A stretch of 64,000 nucleotides of DNA from Candidatus Woesearchaeota archaeon (GTDB lineage: Archaea > Nanobdellota > Nanobdellia > Pacearchaeales > GW2011-AR1). A program made the translations under genes and the position numbers. This document shows, one piece after another, positions 1 through 10,734 of this stretch. The notes under the pieces were generated by a model that saw only the letters and a program-made list of their open reading frames with translations, made no database searches and was not told the origin of the DNA. Numbering within the stretch: position 1 is the first letter of the stretch; the number at the start of each line of letters is the position of its first letter. Location of the stretch: assembly GCA_964342415.1 (NCBI GenBank), contig CAYFFD010000001.1, positions 4,658 through 68,657 of the forward strand, given 5' to 3'.

Positions 1-2
1 TC

Positions 3-656
3 ATGAGAAGCATCGAAAAATATTTTTCTGTTAGGAAAAGAATTGCTGCCGGGTTGGTTGCAGCATTATCATTAACTGCTTGTGAAACTCCTTTTTTTGA
101 AGCCCCAATTGAAGTTGCGAAAGAAGTTGGGAATATGGCTTATAGAATTGCAACATTGCAATGGTTCTCAGGAGGAGAAGAAGCTTTTGGAAGTGGATGT
201 ATTGAGTCTCCAGATGAAAAAGAAAAATTTTGCAAGTTATATAGGAGAAACAAAATTGACACCAATCCTGATATTTATGAAGAGTATTTTGGAGTCTTAA
301 ACTTAGATTTAGAAAAAAGAGAAGTGGGATTTGTTCTTGGATATTATGATGGTGATCTGGAAGATATGGATGGGAAAAAAGTTTTAACAGTTGTAGAATA
401 CAAAGGGAATAAAAGAGAAGATTTTATCACACCTAGTTTTGGAAAAGTAGGGTATCCTTATATCAAATTTGTAGATTATTTTAAGAGTGTTAAAGTAAAA
501 AAGCTAGATACTAGTGAAAATCCGTTAAAGGAAGCAATGGGCAAGGGTCTAATTGATATAATAAAAATTAATGCATTTCGTGATAAATTACATAAGAGAA
601 TAGGTGAAGGATTAAAATTATTGGATGAAGAATTACAAAAGGAAACTAAAAAATAA
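3..656 (+). CDS. hypothetical lipoprotein (lipobox-like LTAC signal)
   Basis: The ORF runs from an ATG at position 3. The N-terminus MRSIEKYFSVRKRIAAGLVAALSLTAC looks like a signal peptide ending in a lipobox Cys. I recognise no catalytic motif. Local GC looks higher than the window average. Confidence 0.4.
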   Translation: MRSIEKYFSVRKRIAAGLVAALSLTACETPFFEAPIEVAKEVGNMAYRIATLQWFSGGEEAFGSGCIESPDEKEKFCKLYRRNKIDTNPDIYEEYFGVLNLDLEKREVGFVLGYYDGDLEDMDGKKVLTVVEYKGNKREDFITPSFGKVGYPYIKFVDYFKSVKVKKLDTSENPLKEAMGKGLIDIIKINAFRDKLHKRIGEGLKLLDEELQKETKK

Positions 657-741
657 ATTTACAAACTTTACTTAAAATTATAATATAAATTGAGTATAAC
701 AAACTTTATAACATAAGTTTGCTTGACTAAATAGATTAAAA

Positions 742-1170
742 ATGAGAAGATCTTTACTTTCTTTGACAGTTGCATCTGGACTTGCTTTAGGGGCTTGTGG
801 GAGTACTGGCGATAGAGATTTTGGATATGCTGCTAAAGAAACGCTTGGAGCACCTGTTAGTTTTTTGACTGGCGCAGCTAGGCAAGCTGAAAAAAATCCT
901 GCTCAAGCAATATATGATTTAACTGGCCGAGCTGTAAGTGAAGCTGGTAGAGTTATTAATGGTGTTGCTCATATGGCAACAGGACACAAATATGAAGCAG
1001 AATTTGGAAGTGTAAAAATACATCCTATGGCAGATAATGATGTAGTTAAAGCAGCAGGATGGGGAGCAGTATTTGCACCAGTAATACCATTTTTGTCGTA
1101 TGTTGAAAGCACTTTATTATTTGGGACAATAGGTGCTGGCTCTGAATTCTTGAAAAGAAGAAGTGAATAA
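742..1170 (+). CDS. hypothetical lipoprotein
   Basis: N-terminus MRRSLLSLTVASGLALGACGS is lipobox-like. The protein is Gly/Ala-rich and the DNA is GC-richer than its surroundings. Confidence 0.4.
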   Translation: MRRSLLSLTVASGLALGACGSTGDRDFGYAAKETLGAPVSFLTGAARQAEKNPAQAIYDLTGRAVSEAGRVINGVAHMATGHKYEAEFGSVKIHPMADNDVVKAAGWGAVFAPVIPFLSYVESTLLFGTIGAGSEFLKRRSE

Positions 1171-1202
1171 ATAATTTTTATTTTTTGAAATTTTTTTAGT
1201 TA

Positions 1203-1913
1203 TTAACCTAACCATCTGATTTTTCCAGGGCGCGGTTCAAATATAACTCCTTCTTCAAGAAGTTTTTGAATTTCAGAATTTATAATTTCCGAAGATCCAC
1301 CTAAATCTGCAATTAGTTTTTCTGTGTCCACTCCCTCTTGACTTTCAGAATTTTTTATCATTTCAGTAATTTTATCTCTCAAACTTTTTTCTACAGAAGT
1401 TTTTTCTTCTTCAACTTGAACAGGCTTAGGGACAACACTAACATTAGAAGAAAAATCTTGGCTTGCCTCAGAACCAGTTAAATCCTCTTGAGATTTTTCA
1501 AGTTCAATCTTTCTTAAAACAAGATATTTTGGATCTTGCTCTTTTACAATTTCTGGAGAAATATAAATTTCATTGTTGAAATATCTTACATTCCCTATAA
1601 CAATTACTGTCTGTCCATGAGTTACGTTTTTTATTTTTTCAACTTCATCTCCAAAAGATTTCAACTTTATTTGTCCGGTTCCATCATCTAATGTCAAAAA
1701 AGTATAACTACTTTCTCCACTGCTTTCGAATTTATCGACAATACTCCCAATAACATTAACTCTCACGACTTTTTTATTTCTTAATTCCAAAAAACCAAAT
1801 CTCTCTCCCCTCATCACAGGACTTCCGCTTAAAATATCTCCGATTCTGAATTTGTATGCAATATTTCTTTTGAATTGTGGTTCAGGCATTTTATATTTTT
1901 TGAACATAACCAC
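1203..1913 (-). CDS. OB-fold nucleic-acid-binding protein with C-terminal winged helix (RPA32/Stn1-like), coupled to mcm
   Basis: The central segment VNVIGSIVDKFES...YTFLTLDDGTGQIKLKSFGDE...TVIVIGNVRYFNNEIYISPE fits an OB-fold (tRNA_anti-codon type). The C-terminus KLIADLGGSSEIINSEIQKLLEEGVIFEPRPGKIRW looks like a winged helix. Its start overlaps the mcm stop by 23 nt. Confidence 0.45.
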   Translation of the reverse strand: MVMFKKYKMPEPQFKRNIAYKFRIGDILSGSPVMRGERFGFLELRNKKVVRVNVIGSIVDKFESSGESSYTFLTLDDGTGQIKLKSFGDEVEKIKNVTHGQTVIVIGNVRYFNNEIYISPEIVKEQDPKYLVLRKIELEKSQEDLTGSEASQDFSSNVSVVPKPVQVEEEKTSVEKSLRDKITEMIKNSESQEGVDTEKLIADLGGSSEIINSEIQKLLEEGVIFEPRPGKIRWLG

Positions 1914-3909
1914 TTCTTGGTTCGTAGATTATGCTATGTTTAATTAATTCACCTATTGCATCTTCTATTTCCACTTTTGTGAATTTTCCGTCAAGTTCTT
2001 TTTCAATTTCTTCAATAGGAATTAGTTTTCCAAGACGACTTTCAAGTTGAGTTATCAAATCTCTCACTATAAATGCTTTGCTTCTTTTCGACGTTGTCAT
2101 TCCTGAAATTTTGTCTATATCAAAAGTTTTCGTTTCATGATCATAACCAACTTGCATCAGATAATATTTGATTATATCAATTGCCCTTCTTGCATCTTCA
2201 CGAGTCACAGTATTGTTAAGACGTAATTTTGCAGAAGCCTCCGACATTCTTATTAATGCCTCTAATTGCCTGGCCGAAATCGGAATCGGTCTTAACGCGC
2301 TTTCAGAACTTACAGGACGATTCCTCAAGTCAATATAAAATTTTTCAATTTCTTCAACTGCCTCTTCACTCAATGTAGGAACAATTCTTTGCCTTGCATA
2401 AGCTACATACTTCCTAAAAAGATCTCTATCAATAACCATCTCCTTCCCTTCTTTTTTGTGTTCTTGTAAAACATGTCTTGCAATTTTCATATCCTTTTCC
2501 CTATCAGGAATATCTCTTAAAGTAAAAATTACATCAAACCTATTTATTAGTGTAGGAGGTAAATCAATTTGCTGTGCAACTGATTGATGAGGATCAAACC
2601 TTCCGAGCTTTGGATTTGCAGCAGCCAAAACGCTTGTCTCAGCTCTAAGAGTTGCTTGAACATTTGCTTTTGAAATCGTAACTGTCTGTTGTTCCATTGC
2701 TTCATGCATTGAACTCCTATCAGAGGGATCCATTTTTTCAAGTTCATCTATGCAAATTAAACCTTTATTTGACAAGACCATTGCTCCAGCTTCCAAGCTC
2801 CACCCTCTCAAGTATTCATCTCTTATAACAGAAGCAGTTAAACCAGCTCCCGAAGCCGACTTTCCAACAACATATCTTCCTTTTGGTGAAATCTCTGCCA
2901 TGAAATTTAAAGTCACTGATTTTGCAACTCCTGGATCTCCTATCAATAAAATATGGATATCTCCCCTTCTTTTTTGTCCATCAATATGAGTCTTTTTTAC
3001 TCCACTAAACAACTGTAAAACAAGAGACTTTTTTATTTCTTCATAACCCCAAACACTTGGAGTAATGCTTCCTGCAAATTTCTCAAAAATCTCAGGATCT
3101 TTGGAAAGTTCTAAAATCTGTTTTTCATCTTCTTCATTTATATCAAGCTCTTCAAAAGTTTCCTCTAATGGAATTATATTATTTACTTCAATTGCAAGCT
3201 CAAATCTTGTTGATAATCCTCCTGTGCTTAAGGGAACAGGAACTTCTTTCAAGACCCCTATGACTTTGATTTTACTTCCAGGAGTTGTCTTCTCTTCCAT
3301 TCTCGGCTCGACCAAATCCTCCTTAACAAAAACATTAATTCTTTTTGATTGTTCTCCTCCTGAAAGAGATTCAGGAGCTTCCTCAACTACAAGTCTTTGT
3401 GTATCAACCATCTCCTTGCTAAGTAATTTAAAATTTCCCTTTCTTCCGCAACTACATCTAGAGGGTTCTCGGAATTTCTTTTCAATTTGTAACATAGAAA
3501 TAATGGTTCCACATGAAGGGCATTCAAACTTTGCATTTACCACTTGCGGACGGACATCGCTTGCCTGACGAATAATTCCATCAACAACAATAAGCTCACC
3601 CAAATGCCTTGAGCGAATACTCCTTATCTTTAATTGCAAACTCTCCGGAAGACTATAAAGTCTCACTCTTACATTATTGACTAATCCAGATTCCTCAATT
3701 GCTAATTCCATCAAACTCAAAGCTTCCTCTGGATTCGAAATAATCTCCTCTGAAAGTTTTGTTGAAAATTCCGAGAGCTTCAAAAAATCAACATGAATTA
3801 CATTATTACCTTTTCTAATTGATTCTCCAAGTTCTCTTTTATTAAAATCGAAGAAATTTTTTGCCTCAATAACTAAATCCTCTTTCGATTTCAACTCTGC
3901 CATGAGCAA
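1891..3909 (-). CDS. mcm: MCM replicative helicase
   Basis: It has a C4 zinc finger (CPSCG...CSCG), Walker A (GDPGVAKS) and Walker B (CIDELEKM), and an arginine-finger region. Length is 672 aa. Confidence 0.92.
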   Translation of the reverse strand: MLMAELKSKEDLVIEAKNFFDFNKRELGESIRKGNNVIHVDFLKLSEFSTKLSEEIISNPEEALSLMELAIEESGLVNNVRVRLYSLPESLQLKIRSIRSRHLGELIVVDGIIRQASDVRPQVVNAKFECPSCGTIISMLQIEKKFREPSRCSCGRKGNFKLLSKEMVDTQRLVVEEAPESLSGGEQSKRINVFVKEDLVEPRMEEKTTPGSKIKVIGVLKEVPVPLSTGGLSTRFELAIEVNNIIPLEETFEELDINEEDEKQILELSKDPEIFEKFAGSITPSVWGYEEIKKSLVLQLFSGVKKTHIDGQKRRGDIHILLIGDPGVAKSVTLNFMAEISPKGRYVVGKSASGAGLTASVIRDEYLRGWSLEAGAMVLSNKGLICIDELEKMDPSDRSSMHEAMEQQTVTISKANVQATLRAETSVLAAANPKLGRFDPHQSVAQQIDLPPTLINRFDVIFTLRDIPDREKDMKIARHVLQEHKKEGKEMVIDRDLFRKYVAYARQRIVPTLSEEAVEEIEKFYIDLRNRPVSSESALRPIPISARQLEALIRMSEASAKLRLNNTVTREDARRAIDIIKYYLMQVGYDHETKTFDIDKISGMTTSKRSKAFIVRDLITQLESRLGKLIPIEEIEKELDGKFTKVEIEDAIGELIKHSIIYEPRSGYVQKI

Positions 3910-3991
3910 GGAAAAATGGTTTTCTTTTTATAATTTGTTGTTAAAAATAATATATTATGAATTATTCTCAAGGGGTGAAAGTGATTTTAAA

Positions 3992-4729
3992 TTAATAACA
4001 ACCTCTGTTTATAACTGTGGCTGTGCAGGTGTGTCCACCAGCACAAGGTGCACATCCTAATACAGGCCCGCAAACTTGTTCATAATCAACAGTTGTGCAC
4101 TCTTGCTTAATTACACATCCATAAGCATAAATACATGTATCTACCTCAATATTTCCAAACGGATGAGATGGTGTTGTACATGTATTACCGCACTCTCCAC
4201 TCTGACTGTCGCAAGACTTTTGTACTGTTGCAGTCCAATCATTATATGATGTCCATCCACTAGGACAACTAGCTTGAGCAAATTTACACATGAAATTTCC
4301 TGCTCCATCAGGCTCTACAATACCTCCTGCACCAGTACAATCTTGAGATGTATGAGCTCCATTAACTAAAGGAATAATATCTCCACTAGATACACTTGAA
4401 GCACTAACCCCTTTCCATTCGGCACTATCACAAAATTCCATAACTTTATCTGCTGAATTATATCTTAAAGTTCCTTCATCACCTAAACCACATGGAGAAA
4501 TTGTTCCTAATTTTAAACCACCTACAACATCCACATTTCCTTTAAAAACAACATCTCCTTCAACGCCTGCGCTTAAATCAAGTTCTTTGGCACTATGTCC
4601 AAAGGTTGAAGGTGTAGAAGTTCCGAAGGCAAAAACACCAACAGCAATTAGAAGAAAAACTGCAAATGTAATAAAAGTATAAATTGTTCTATTGTTCAAA
4701 GTTATGTTGAACTTCAACTCTTTTTTCAT
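3992..4729 (-). CDS. cysteine-rich secreted/anchored protein
   Basis: There is an N-terminal TM/signal anchor (IYTFITFAVFLLIAVGVFAFG). The rest of the protein carries more than 20 Cys, which suggests an extracellular location. Confidence 0.4.
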   Translation of the reverse strand: MKKELKFNITLNNRTIYTFITFAVFLLIAVGVFAFGTSTPSTFGHSAKELDLSAGVEGDVVFKGNVDVVGGLKLGTISPCGLGDEGTLRYNSADKVMEFCDSAEWKGVSASSVSSGDIIPLVNGAHTSQDCTGAGGIVEPDGAGNFMCKFAQASCPSGWTSYNDWTATVQKSCDSQSGECGNTCTTPSHPFGNIEVDTCIYAYGCVIKQECTTVDYEQVCGPVLGCAPCAGGHTCTATVINRGCY

Positions 4730-4797
4730 GTAATAAATATGATAATAGTATTTTTAAAGATTATTATAAGTTCGAATAATTTCGAAATTCTTAAAAA

Positions 4798-5103
4798 TTG
4801 ATTTATCTTTGTATAAATATGAAATTTCCATGGTTTAGGAAAAATGATGTCTTGGATCTAACCAAAGAACCTCAAAGACAAGAATCATCGCAAAAAGAAG
4901 TTCAAACCCCTTCTCAAAATGTAGATGAAGAAGTTATTGATTTATCTTTTGTTGAAGAAAAAAAGAAAAAACTGGCTAAGCGGCTTTCAGGGATAATTGA
5001 AAAACTTGATGAATTGTCAAATAAAATTTATCATTTAGAACAGAGAACTGAAGTTTTAGAAAAAAAATCTGGTATTAATAATTATCAAGAAAGTGATCGG
5101 TAA
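4798..5103 (+). CDS. hypothetical coiled-coil protein
   Basis: It is a charged, K/E-rich ORF with no recognisable motif. The real start may be the internal MKFPWF. Confidence 0.3.
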   Translation: MIYLCINMKFPWFRKNDVLDLTKEPQRQESSQKEVQTPSQNVDEEVIDLSFVEEKKKKLAKRLSGIIEKLDELSNKIYHLEQRTEVLEKKSGINNYQESDR

Positions 5104-5130
5104 AATTCATCTTTAAGTAGTTTCTTTTAC

Positions 5131-5201
5131 GCGTGGATAGTTTATCGGTAGAATATCTCGTTGCCAACGAGGTGAGCTGGGTTCGATTCCCAGTCCGCGC
5201 A
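5131..5201 (+). tRNA. tRNA-Gly (GCC)
   Basis: The cloverleaf folds by hand. The acceptor pairs GCGTGGA with TCCGCGC. The anticodon loop TTGCCAA gives GCC. The T-arm is CTGGG-TTCGATT-CCCAG. No CCA is encoded. Confidence 0.8.
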
Positions 5202-5288
5202 TTTTAAATCACTTAATTCTCAACATCTTATTTAAGAATAATTTTCTGTTTCATAATCTATTTAAAGAATTCTTTATCCATTCTAATA

Positions 5289-5978
5289 ATGAAAATTGAA
5301 AATGTTCCCAAACATATTGGAATAGTTCTTGATGGGAACAGAAGATTTGCCAAAAGACTAATGCTAAAACCTTGGAAAGGTCATGAATTTGGGGCTGAAA
5401 AAGTAATGAAATTAATCGATTGGAGTATTAAACATAAAATAAAAGAATTAACTCTATACGCATTATCTGTACAAAATTTTCATTCAAGACCTAAAGAGGA
5501 ATTAAACTATTTGATGAATTTATTCAAAAAAGAACTTAAAAGTTTGATGAATGACAAAAGAATTGATAAAAATAAAATAAAAATTAATTTCATAGGAAGA
5601 TTAAATTATTTTGATAACGAATTACAAGAATTAATAAAGAACATTACAGAAAAAACAAAAAATAATAACAACTTAACAATAACCCTTGCGGTTGCTTATG
5701 GTGGTCAAGAAGAAATAATTGATGCTGTTAAAAAAATAATCAAAGAAAAACCAAAAGAAATAAATGAGGAAAATTTTAAAGATTTTTTATACTCAAAAGA
5801 ATCACCTGATTTAATTATTAGAACAGGTAAGGAAAAAAGAACTTCAAATTTTTTAAATTATCAAGCAGGTTATAGTGAATGGATTTTTTTAGATATTCTG
5901 TGGCCAGAGTTTGAAGAAAAAGATTTTGTTGGATGTTTAGAAGAATTCTCAAAAAGAAGAAGAAATTTTGGAAAGTGA
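5289..5978 (+). CDS. uppS: undecaprenyl/di-trans,poly-cis-prenyl diphosphate synthase
   Basis: It has HIGIVLDGNRRFAK and RTSNF...W motifs typical of cis-prenyltransferases. Confidence 0.8.
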   Translation: MKIENVPKHIGIVLDGNRRFAKRLMLKPWKGHEFGAEKVMKLIDWSIKHKIKELTLYALSVQNFHSRPKEELNYLMNLFKKELKSLMNDKRIDKNKIKINFIGRLNYFDNELQELIKNITEKTKNNNNLTITLAVAYGGQEEIIDAVKKIIKEKPKEINEENFKDFLYSKESPDLIIRTGKEKRTSNFLNYQAGYSEWIFLDILWPEFEEKDFVGCLEEFSKRRRNFGK

Positions 5979-5996
5979 GATTTATTTATCTTAGTT

Positions 5997-7610
5997 TCAA
6001 TATTCTCCCATTCCTGGAGGCATTCCCTGCATCCCTCCACCACCTGCACTTCTCCCAGAAGAAGCAATTACATCATCAATTCTTAAAATCATTATAGCCA
6101 CATCAGTCGCAGAATTTATCGCTTGTGTTTTTATTTTCAAAGGCTCAATGATTTTTGCCTCAAGAACGTTTTCTATTTTATTGTTGAATAAATTCAATCC
6201 AGCATTTCTCTCTCCAGAATCGTGCCGTGATTTTAATTCTGTTAAAACATCAATTGGATCAATTCCTGCATTTTCTGCTAAGGTTGTTGGAATAAATTCA
6301 AGAGCAGATGCAAATTCATCTACTGCAAGTTGCTCTCTTCCTGTTAAACCTTGAGAAAATTCCTTAAGTCTTTTAGAAAGCTCAATTTCAATAGCACCTC
6401 CTCCAGGAACAACCAAACCAGATTTTAAAGAGCAAACAACATCTCCCAAGCCATCTTTTAATGCCCTTTCAATTTCATCAATAACATGCTCTGTTCCTCC
6501 ATGAATTAAAATTGTTAATGCTTTTGGATTGCTGCAGCCTTTAACATAAGTTAAGCTATCTTCTCCATGCTTTACTTCTTCTACAACTTGGGCATTTCCC
6601 AACTCATTTAAAGTTAACTCACTTAAATTACTTACAATTCTTCCCCCTGTTGCTTTTGAAAGTTTTTCCATGTCACTTCTTGAAACTCTGCGACAAGCAT
6701 AAATTTTCTCTTTTGAAAGAAGATATTGCGCAAAATCATCAATTCCTTTTTGGCAAAAAATAATGTTTGCTCCTGAAGATTTTATTTTTTCAACCATTTC
6801 CCTTATTTCTTTTTCTTCTTGAGAAAGAAAACTCTGCAATTGTTCTGGAGATGAAATTGAAACTTTTGTATCTATTTCAGGATTTTTCAGTTCCAAAGGA
6901 GAATCAATAAGAGCAATTCTTGCACCATCAATTTTTGAAGGCATATCATGTGAAATTTTTTCCTTGTCCAAAACAATTCCAGAAATTAATTCTGTATCAT
7001 CAATACCATTTCCTTTTGACTTTTCAATCTTAATATCATTCAAGTCAATTTTCCCGTTGTCCTGAATTTGCTTTACAGCTTTAACAATAATCTCTGCAAA
7101 CTTTTCCTTTGAATCTTCAGCGCCTTTCCCAGTCATTGCAGTCATTGCAATTTGTTTCAAAACATCTTCATCATCATGAGTTATTCTCAACGCAATTTCA
7201 TTCAAGATCTCTTGGGATTTCTCAGAAGCAATTCTGTAACCCTTTGTTATAACGGTTGGATGAATTTTCTTATCAAGAAGTTTTTCGGCATTTTCTAAAA
7301 GCTTGCCCGCAATCATCACTGCAGTAGTTGTGCCATCTCCAACTTCTGTTTCCTGAGTTTTCGCAATCTCAACCATCATTTTCGCAGCAGGATGCTCAAT
7401 CTGCATTTCATCAAGAATAGTGACTCCATCATTAGTAACAATAATGTCATTTGTCGGCGAAACAAGCATTTTATCCATCCCCTTTGGCCCAAGAGTCGTC
7501 TTAATTATATCTGAAACCATTTTCGCAGCAGTTATATTATTTCTTTGTGCATCCCTCCCCATAATTCGCTGAATATCTTCAGGCATCAAAACAAGTGGTT
7601 TTTCAGTCAT
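5997..7610 (-). CDS. ths: thermosome subunit (group II chaperonin)
   Basis: It has [16 protein letters not shown] and the ITNDGVTIL signature. The C-terminus is GGM-rich. Length is 537 aa. Confidence 0.92.
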   Translation of the reverse strand: MTEKPLVLMPEDIQRIMGRDAQRNNITAAKMVSDIIKTTLGPKGMDKMLVSPTNDIIVTNDGVTILDEMQIEHPAAKMMVEIAKTQETEVGDGTTTAVMIAGKLLENAEKLLDKKIHPTVITKGYRIASEKSQEILNEIALRITHDDEDVLKQIAMTAMTGKGAEDSKEKFAEIIVKAVKQIQDNGKIDLNDIKIEKSKGNGIDDTELISGIVLDKEKISHDMPSKIDGARIALIDSPLELKNPEIDTKVSISSPEQLQSFLSQEEKEIREMVEKIKSSGANIIFCQKGIDDFAQYLLSKEKIYACRRVSRSDMEKLSKATGGRIVSNLSELTLNELGNAQVVEEVKHGEDSLTYVKGCSNPKALTILIHGGTEHVIDEIERALKDGLGDVVCSLKSGLVVPGGGAIEIELSKRLKEFSQGLTGREQLAVDEFASALEFIPTTLAENAGIDPIDVLTELKSRHDSGERNAGLNLFNNKIENVLEAKIIEPLKIKTQAINSATDVAIMILRIDDVIASSGRSAGGGGMQGMPPGMGEY

Positions 7611-7692
7611 ATTACTTTTTAATTATTCTATTTTTTAAATATTATCGTGTTGGATTAAGAGAATTTATAAGATAAGGTTTCTTAAAACTGTT

Positions 7693-8253
7693 ATGAAGAA
7701 CATATTTGTCTCGGATATCATGACACGTGAGATAATTACTGTCAAACCGGATACAAATTTATTTGAATGTTCTAAAATAATGGTAAGAAAGAGAACAAGA
7801 TCTATACCTATTGCTGACAAGAAAAAATTTGTTGGCTTTATTTCTGCAAAAGATATCTTATGGGCAATTGTGAAAAAAACAAAAGAAGATTTGTCAAAGA
7901 TCGATGTGATTGATGTTTCTCCAAAAAAAATAATAACGATAAAACCAAATTCCACAATTGAAGAAGTAATAGAAAAAATGAGAAAGACAAATTTTGACAA
8001 GCTCCCTGTTGTCCAAAAAAATGAATTAGTTGGAATTGTAACTGCTAAAGATATATTAAATTTTCATCCAGAAATTTATCCTGAACTTAAAGAATTTTCA
8101 AAAATAAGAGAACGAGAAGAGAAACTTAGGAAAATAAAAACAAAAAAAGGGGAAATTGTAAATGAAGATTTTTGTGAAAAGTGTGGAGAGAAAAATGTTC
8201 TCAAAAATGTAAATGAAAGAATGATCTGCAGTTCATGCATCAATTTGATGTGA
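7693..8253 (+). CDS. CBS-pair domain protein with C-terminal zinc ribbon
   Basis: Two CBS-like repeats are present (VSDIMTREIITV...; ...LPVVQKNELVGIVTAKDIL). The C-terminus CEKCGE...CSSC is a zinc-ribbon pattern. Confidence 0.6.
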   Translation: MKNIFVSDIMTREIITVKPDTNLFECSKIMVRKRTRSIPIADKKKFVGFISAKDILWAIVKKTKEDLSKIDVIDVSPKKIITIKPNSTIEEVIEKMRKTNFDKLPVVQKNELVGIVTAKDILNFHPEIYPELKEFSKIREREEKLRKIKTKKGEIVNEDFCEKCGEKNVLKNVNERMICSSCINLM

Positions 8254-8291
8254 TTCCAAAAATATTTAAATAAAATTTTATTAAATTATAC

Positions 8292-8795
8292 ATGGTAGAA
8301 AAAGATACAATATTCACAAACACGATTAAGTACAAAGGAATTTTTTCCTTTTCTGATTTTTATAATTTTTGTTATAAATGGCTTACGGAAGAAACAGGAT
8401 TAAATGTTTTTGAAAAAAAATACTCAGAAGAATTAAATGGGGATTCTAAGAAAATTAAAGTTGAATGGGTGGGTATGAAAAGATTTACAGACTATTTTAG
8501 ATTTGAAGGGGAAGTAGTTTTTGATGTTTTAGGATTGACAAAGGTTGAAATTACCCAGAATGGGAAAAAAATCGAGACAAACAAAGGGAGTGTTGAAGTC
8601 AAAATGAAAGGAATAATTGCAAAAGATTATGACGGGAAATTTGAGACAACAGCATTCAAAAAATTTTTAAGAAGCATTTATGAAAAATGGGTTATTCCTT
8701 CAAGAATAGAAGAATTTCAAGGAAAGGTTATCAAAGACTCTGATGAATTTTTATCACAAGCAAAATCTTATTTAGATTTAGAAGGTAAGAGATAA
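8292..8795 (+). CDS. hypothetical protein
   Basis: It is a clean 167-aa ORF with no recognisable motif. Confidence 0.35.
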   Translation: MVEKDTIFTNTIKYKGIFSFSDFYNFCYKWLTEETGLNVFEKKYSEELNGDSKKIKVEWVGMKRFTDYFRFEGEVVFDVLGLTKVEITQNGKKIETNKGSVEVKMKGIIAKDYDGKFETTAFKKFLRSIYEKWVIPSRIEEFQGKVIKDSDEFLSQAKSYLDLEGKR

Positions 8796-8812
8796 CATTC
8801 TTATAGAATTGT

Positions 8813-9151
8813 TCATTCCAATGAAATATTTTCTAAGCAGGCTTTTAAACTGCCATTGCCATTCTTAATTAATTCTTTTAATTTAAATCTACTTTCACCT
8901 GAAAATTTTTTATTTAGGATTATAGAATCATCTTTTTGATCACACTCAAGAAATACTATTTTTGAGTTATCAGTAAAAGCAATAGCTCTAAAATATACTC
9001 CCTGTTTTAAAATCATCTGTGAAGTCACATGAAATATTCTTCCTGTATAGTTATTTGAATTAACTAAGTTTGTCTGGGCAGAGGCATCTAGACTTAAAAT
9101 AACACTTCCTATTAAGGATGCATAAACCATTTTTCTTAGATAAAATGTCAT
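8813..9151 (-). CDS. hypothetical secreted protein
   Basis: It has an N-terminal signal peptide (MVYASLIGSVILSLDASAQT). Confidence 0.35.
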   Translation of the reverse strand: MTFYLRKMVYASLIGSVILSLDASAQTNLVNSNNYTGRIFHVTSQMILKQGVYFRAIAFTDNSKIVFLECDQKDDSIILNKKFSGESRFKLKELIKNGNGSLKACLENISLE

Positions 9152-9301
9152 AATAACTTTTGGAAACTGCTTTTTTAAAAATTACCAATGTATTGGATAA
9201 TACAAAATTAAGTTTTATAAGTATTTTTTAGTTTAGCATATATATCAACTTATAAATTTAACACAACAAAATCTTTAAATAGAAATTTCTTTCATTTTTC
9301 A

Positions 9302-10729
9302 ATGGGACCAAAATCAAGGATTTTAACTAATTCATCTAGATTTTTCCAAAGTAAAAGGATATTTGTATTTGTAGTTGTCTTATTTTTATTGCCATTGGTT
9401 TCTGCAATAAATCTAAACGTAGAACAACGCGATTCAAATGAGATAATGATTCAGGAAATAAATCATCCTGCGACTTTCAATTTCAAAATAACAAATCTTG
9501 GAAGATCAGACAATTTTCAATTCTACAATTTATTAGGCTTTAGCATGTCTCCAAAAGGAAGTGTTCATTTCTCTCAAGGAGAGGCAAAAAGCGTAGATTT
9601 AATGGTTTACCCAAGAGAAAATTTTGATTTCAAAGGATTTTACACTTTCATGTATTTTATAAGAGGAGATAATGGCTCAGAAATTTCACAGGAGCTAAAA
9701 ATAAAGATAATCGATTTGAAAGATGTTTTTGAAATTGGCTCTGGTGAGATAAATCCAGAATCAAACTCATTAGAAATTTATCTAGAGAATAAAGAAAATT
9801 TAAACCTTGAAGAAGTTAATGTAAAATTTGATTCTGTTTTTTTTAAATTTGAAGAAACTTTTTCAATAGAAGCAAATGAAAGAAAAAGTTTTGATGTTGA
9901 ATTAAAAAATGAAGACTTCAAAAAAATAATTGCTGGATTTTATACTTTAAATGCCGAAGTAAATGTTAAGGATGAAAAAATTGATTTAGAGGGAACTATA
10001 AAGTTTGTTGAAAAAGACATCTTAAGAACTACAAAGAAAAATTATGGATTTTTAATAAGCACTCAGATAATAGAAAAAGAAAATGAGGGAAATGTTTTAA
10101 CACCTTCTGAAACAGTGATAAGGAAAAACATTTTCTCGAGATTGTTTACAACCCTGAGCCCTCTTCCTGATTTTGTTGAGAGACAGGGTGTTGATGTTTA
10201 CTATACATGGAGCAATGAAATAAAGCCTGGAGAAAAAGTGGAAATTTCTGTGAGAACCAACTGGTTTTTCCCGTTTTTAATAATTCTTTTTATTATTGTA
10301 ATAGTTATTTTAGCAAAGCAATATTCAAAGACAAACTTGGTTTTAAGAAAAAGGGTTTCTTTTGTAAAAACTAAAGGTGGAGAATTTGCATTAAAAATTT
10401 CTATTTTTGTTAACGCAAAAAAACATGTTGAAAAAATAAGTATCATCGACAGGATTCCTCATTTAGTAAAGGTTTATGAAAAATTTGGAGTAGAAAGACC
10501 AAAAAGAGTAAATGAAAAAACCAAAAGAATTGAATGGGAATTTGATGAATTGGAAGAAGGCGAAACTCGTGTGTTAAGTTATATTGTTTATTCAAAAATA
10601 GGAATTATCGGAAGATTCGCTCTTCCAAAAGCAACAGCGATTTATGAAAAAGATGGAAAGATTCATGAAACGGAATCAAACAAGGCTTTCTTTGTTGCGG
10701 AACAGAGTGGAAAAGAAGCTGAAGAATAA
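9302..10729 (+). CDS. membrane-anchored extracellular protein
   Basis: It has a signal peptide and a central TM segment (WFFPFLIILFIIVIVILA). This is the DUF11-like 'surface protein with late TM' architecture. Confidence 0.45.
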   Translation: MGPKSRILTNSSRFFQSKRIFVFVVVLFLLPLVSAINLNVEQRDSNEIMIQEINHPATFNFKITNLGRSDNFQFYNLLGFSMSPKGSVHFSQGEAKSVDLMVYPRENFDFKGFYTFMYFIRGDNGSEISQELKIKIIDLKDVFEIGSGEINPESNSLEIYLENKENLNLEEVNVKFDSVFFKFEETFSIEANERKSFDVELKNEDFKKIIAGFYTLNAEVNVKDEKIDLEGTIKFVEKDILRTTKKNYGFLISTQIIEKENEGNVLTPSETVIRKNIFSRLFTTLSPLPDFVERQGVDVYYTWSNEIKPGEKVEISVRTNWFFPFLIILFIIVIVILAKQYSKTNLVLRKRVSFVKTKGGEFALKISIFVNAKKHVEKISIIDRIPHLVKVYEKFGVERPKRVNEKTKRIEWEFDELEEGETRVLSYIVYSKIGIIGRFALPKATAIYEKDGKIHETESNKAFFVAEQSGKEAEE

Positions 10730-10734
10730 TGATA

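Noticed and set aside
2547-3568. ORFs of 66, 79 and 167 aa inside mcm
   Set aside because: They lie wholly within the strongly supported MCM coding region, antisense or out of frame.
7665-8000. 111-aa ORF antisense to the CBS-domain gene
   Set aside because: It overlaps a well-supported gene on the opposite strand over its full length and is hydrophobic low-complexity. It is likely a shadow ORF.
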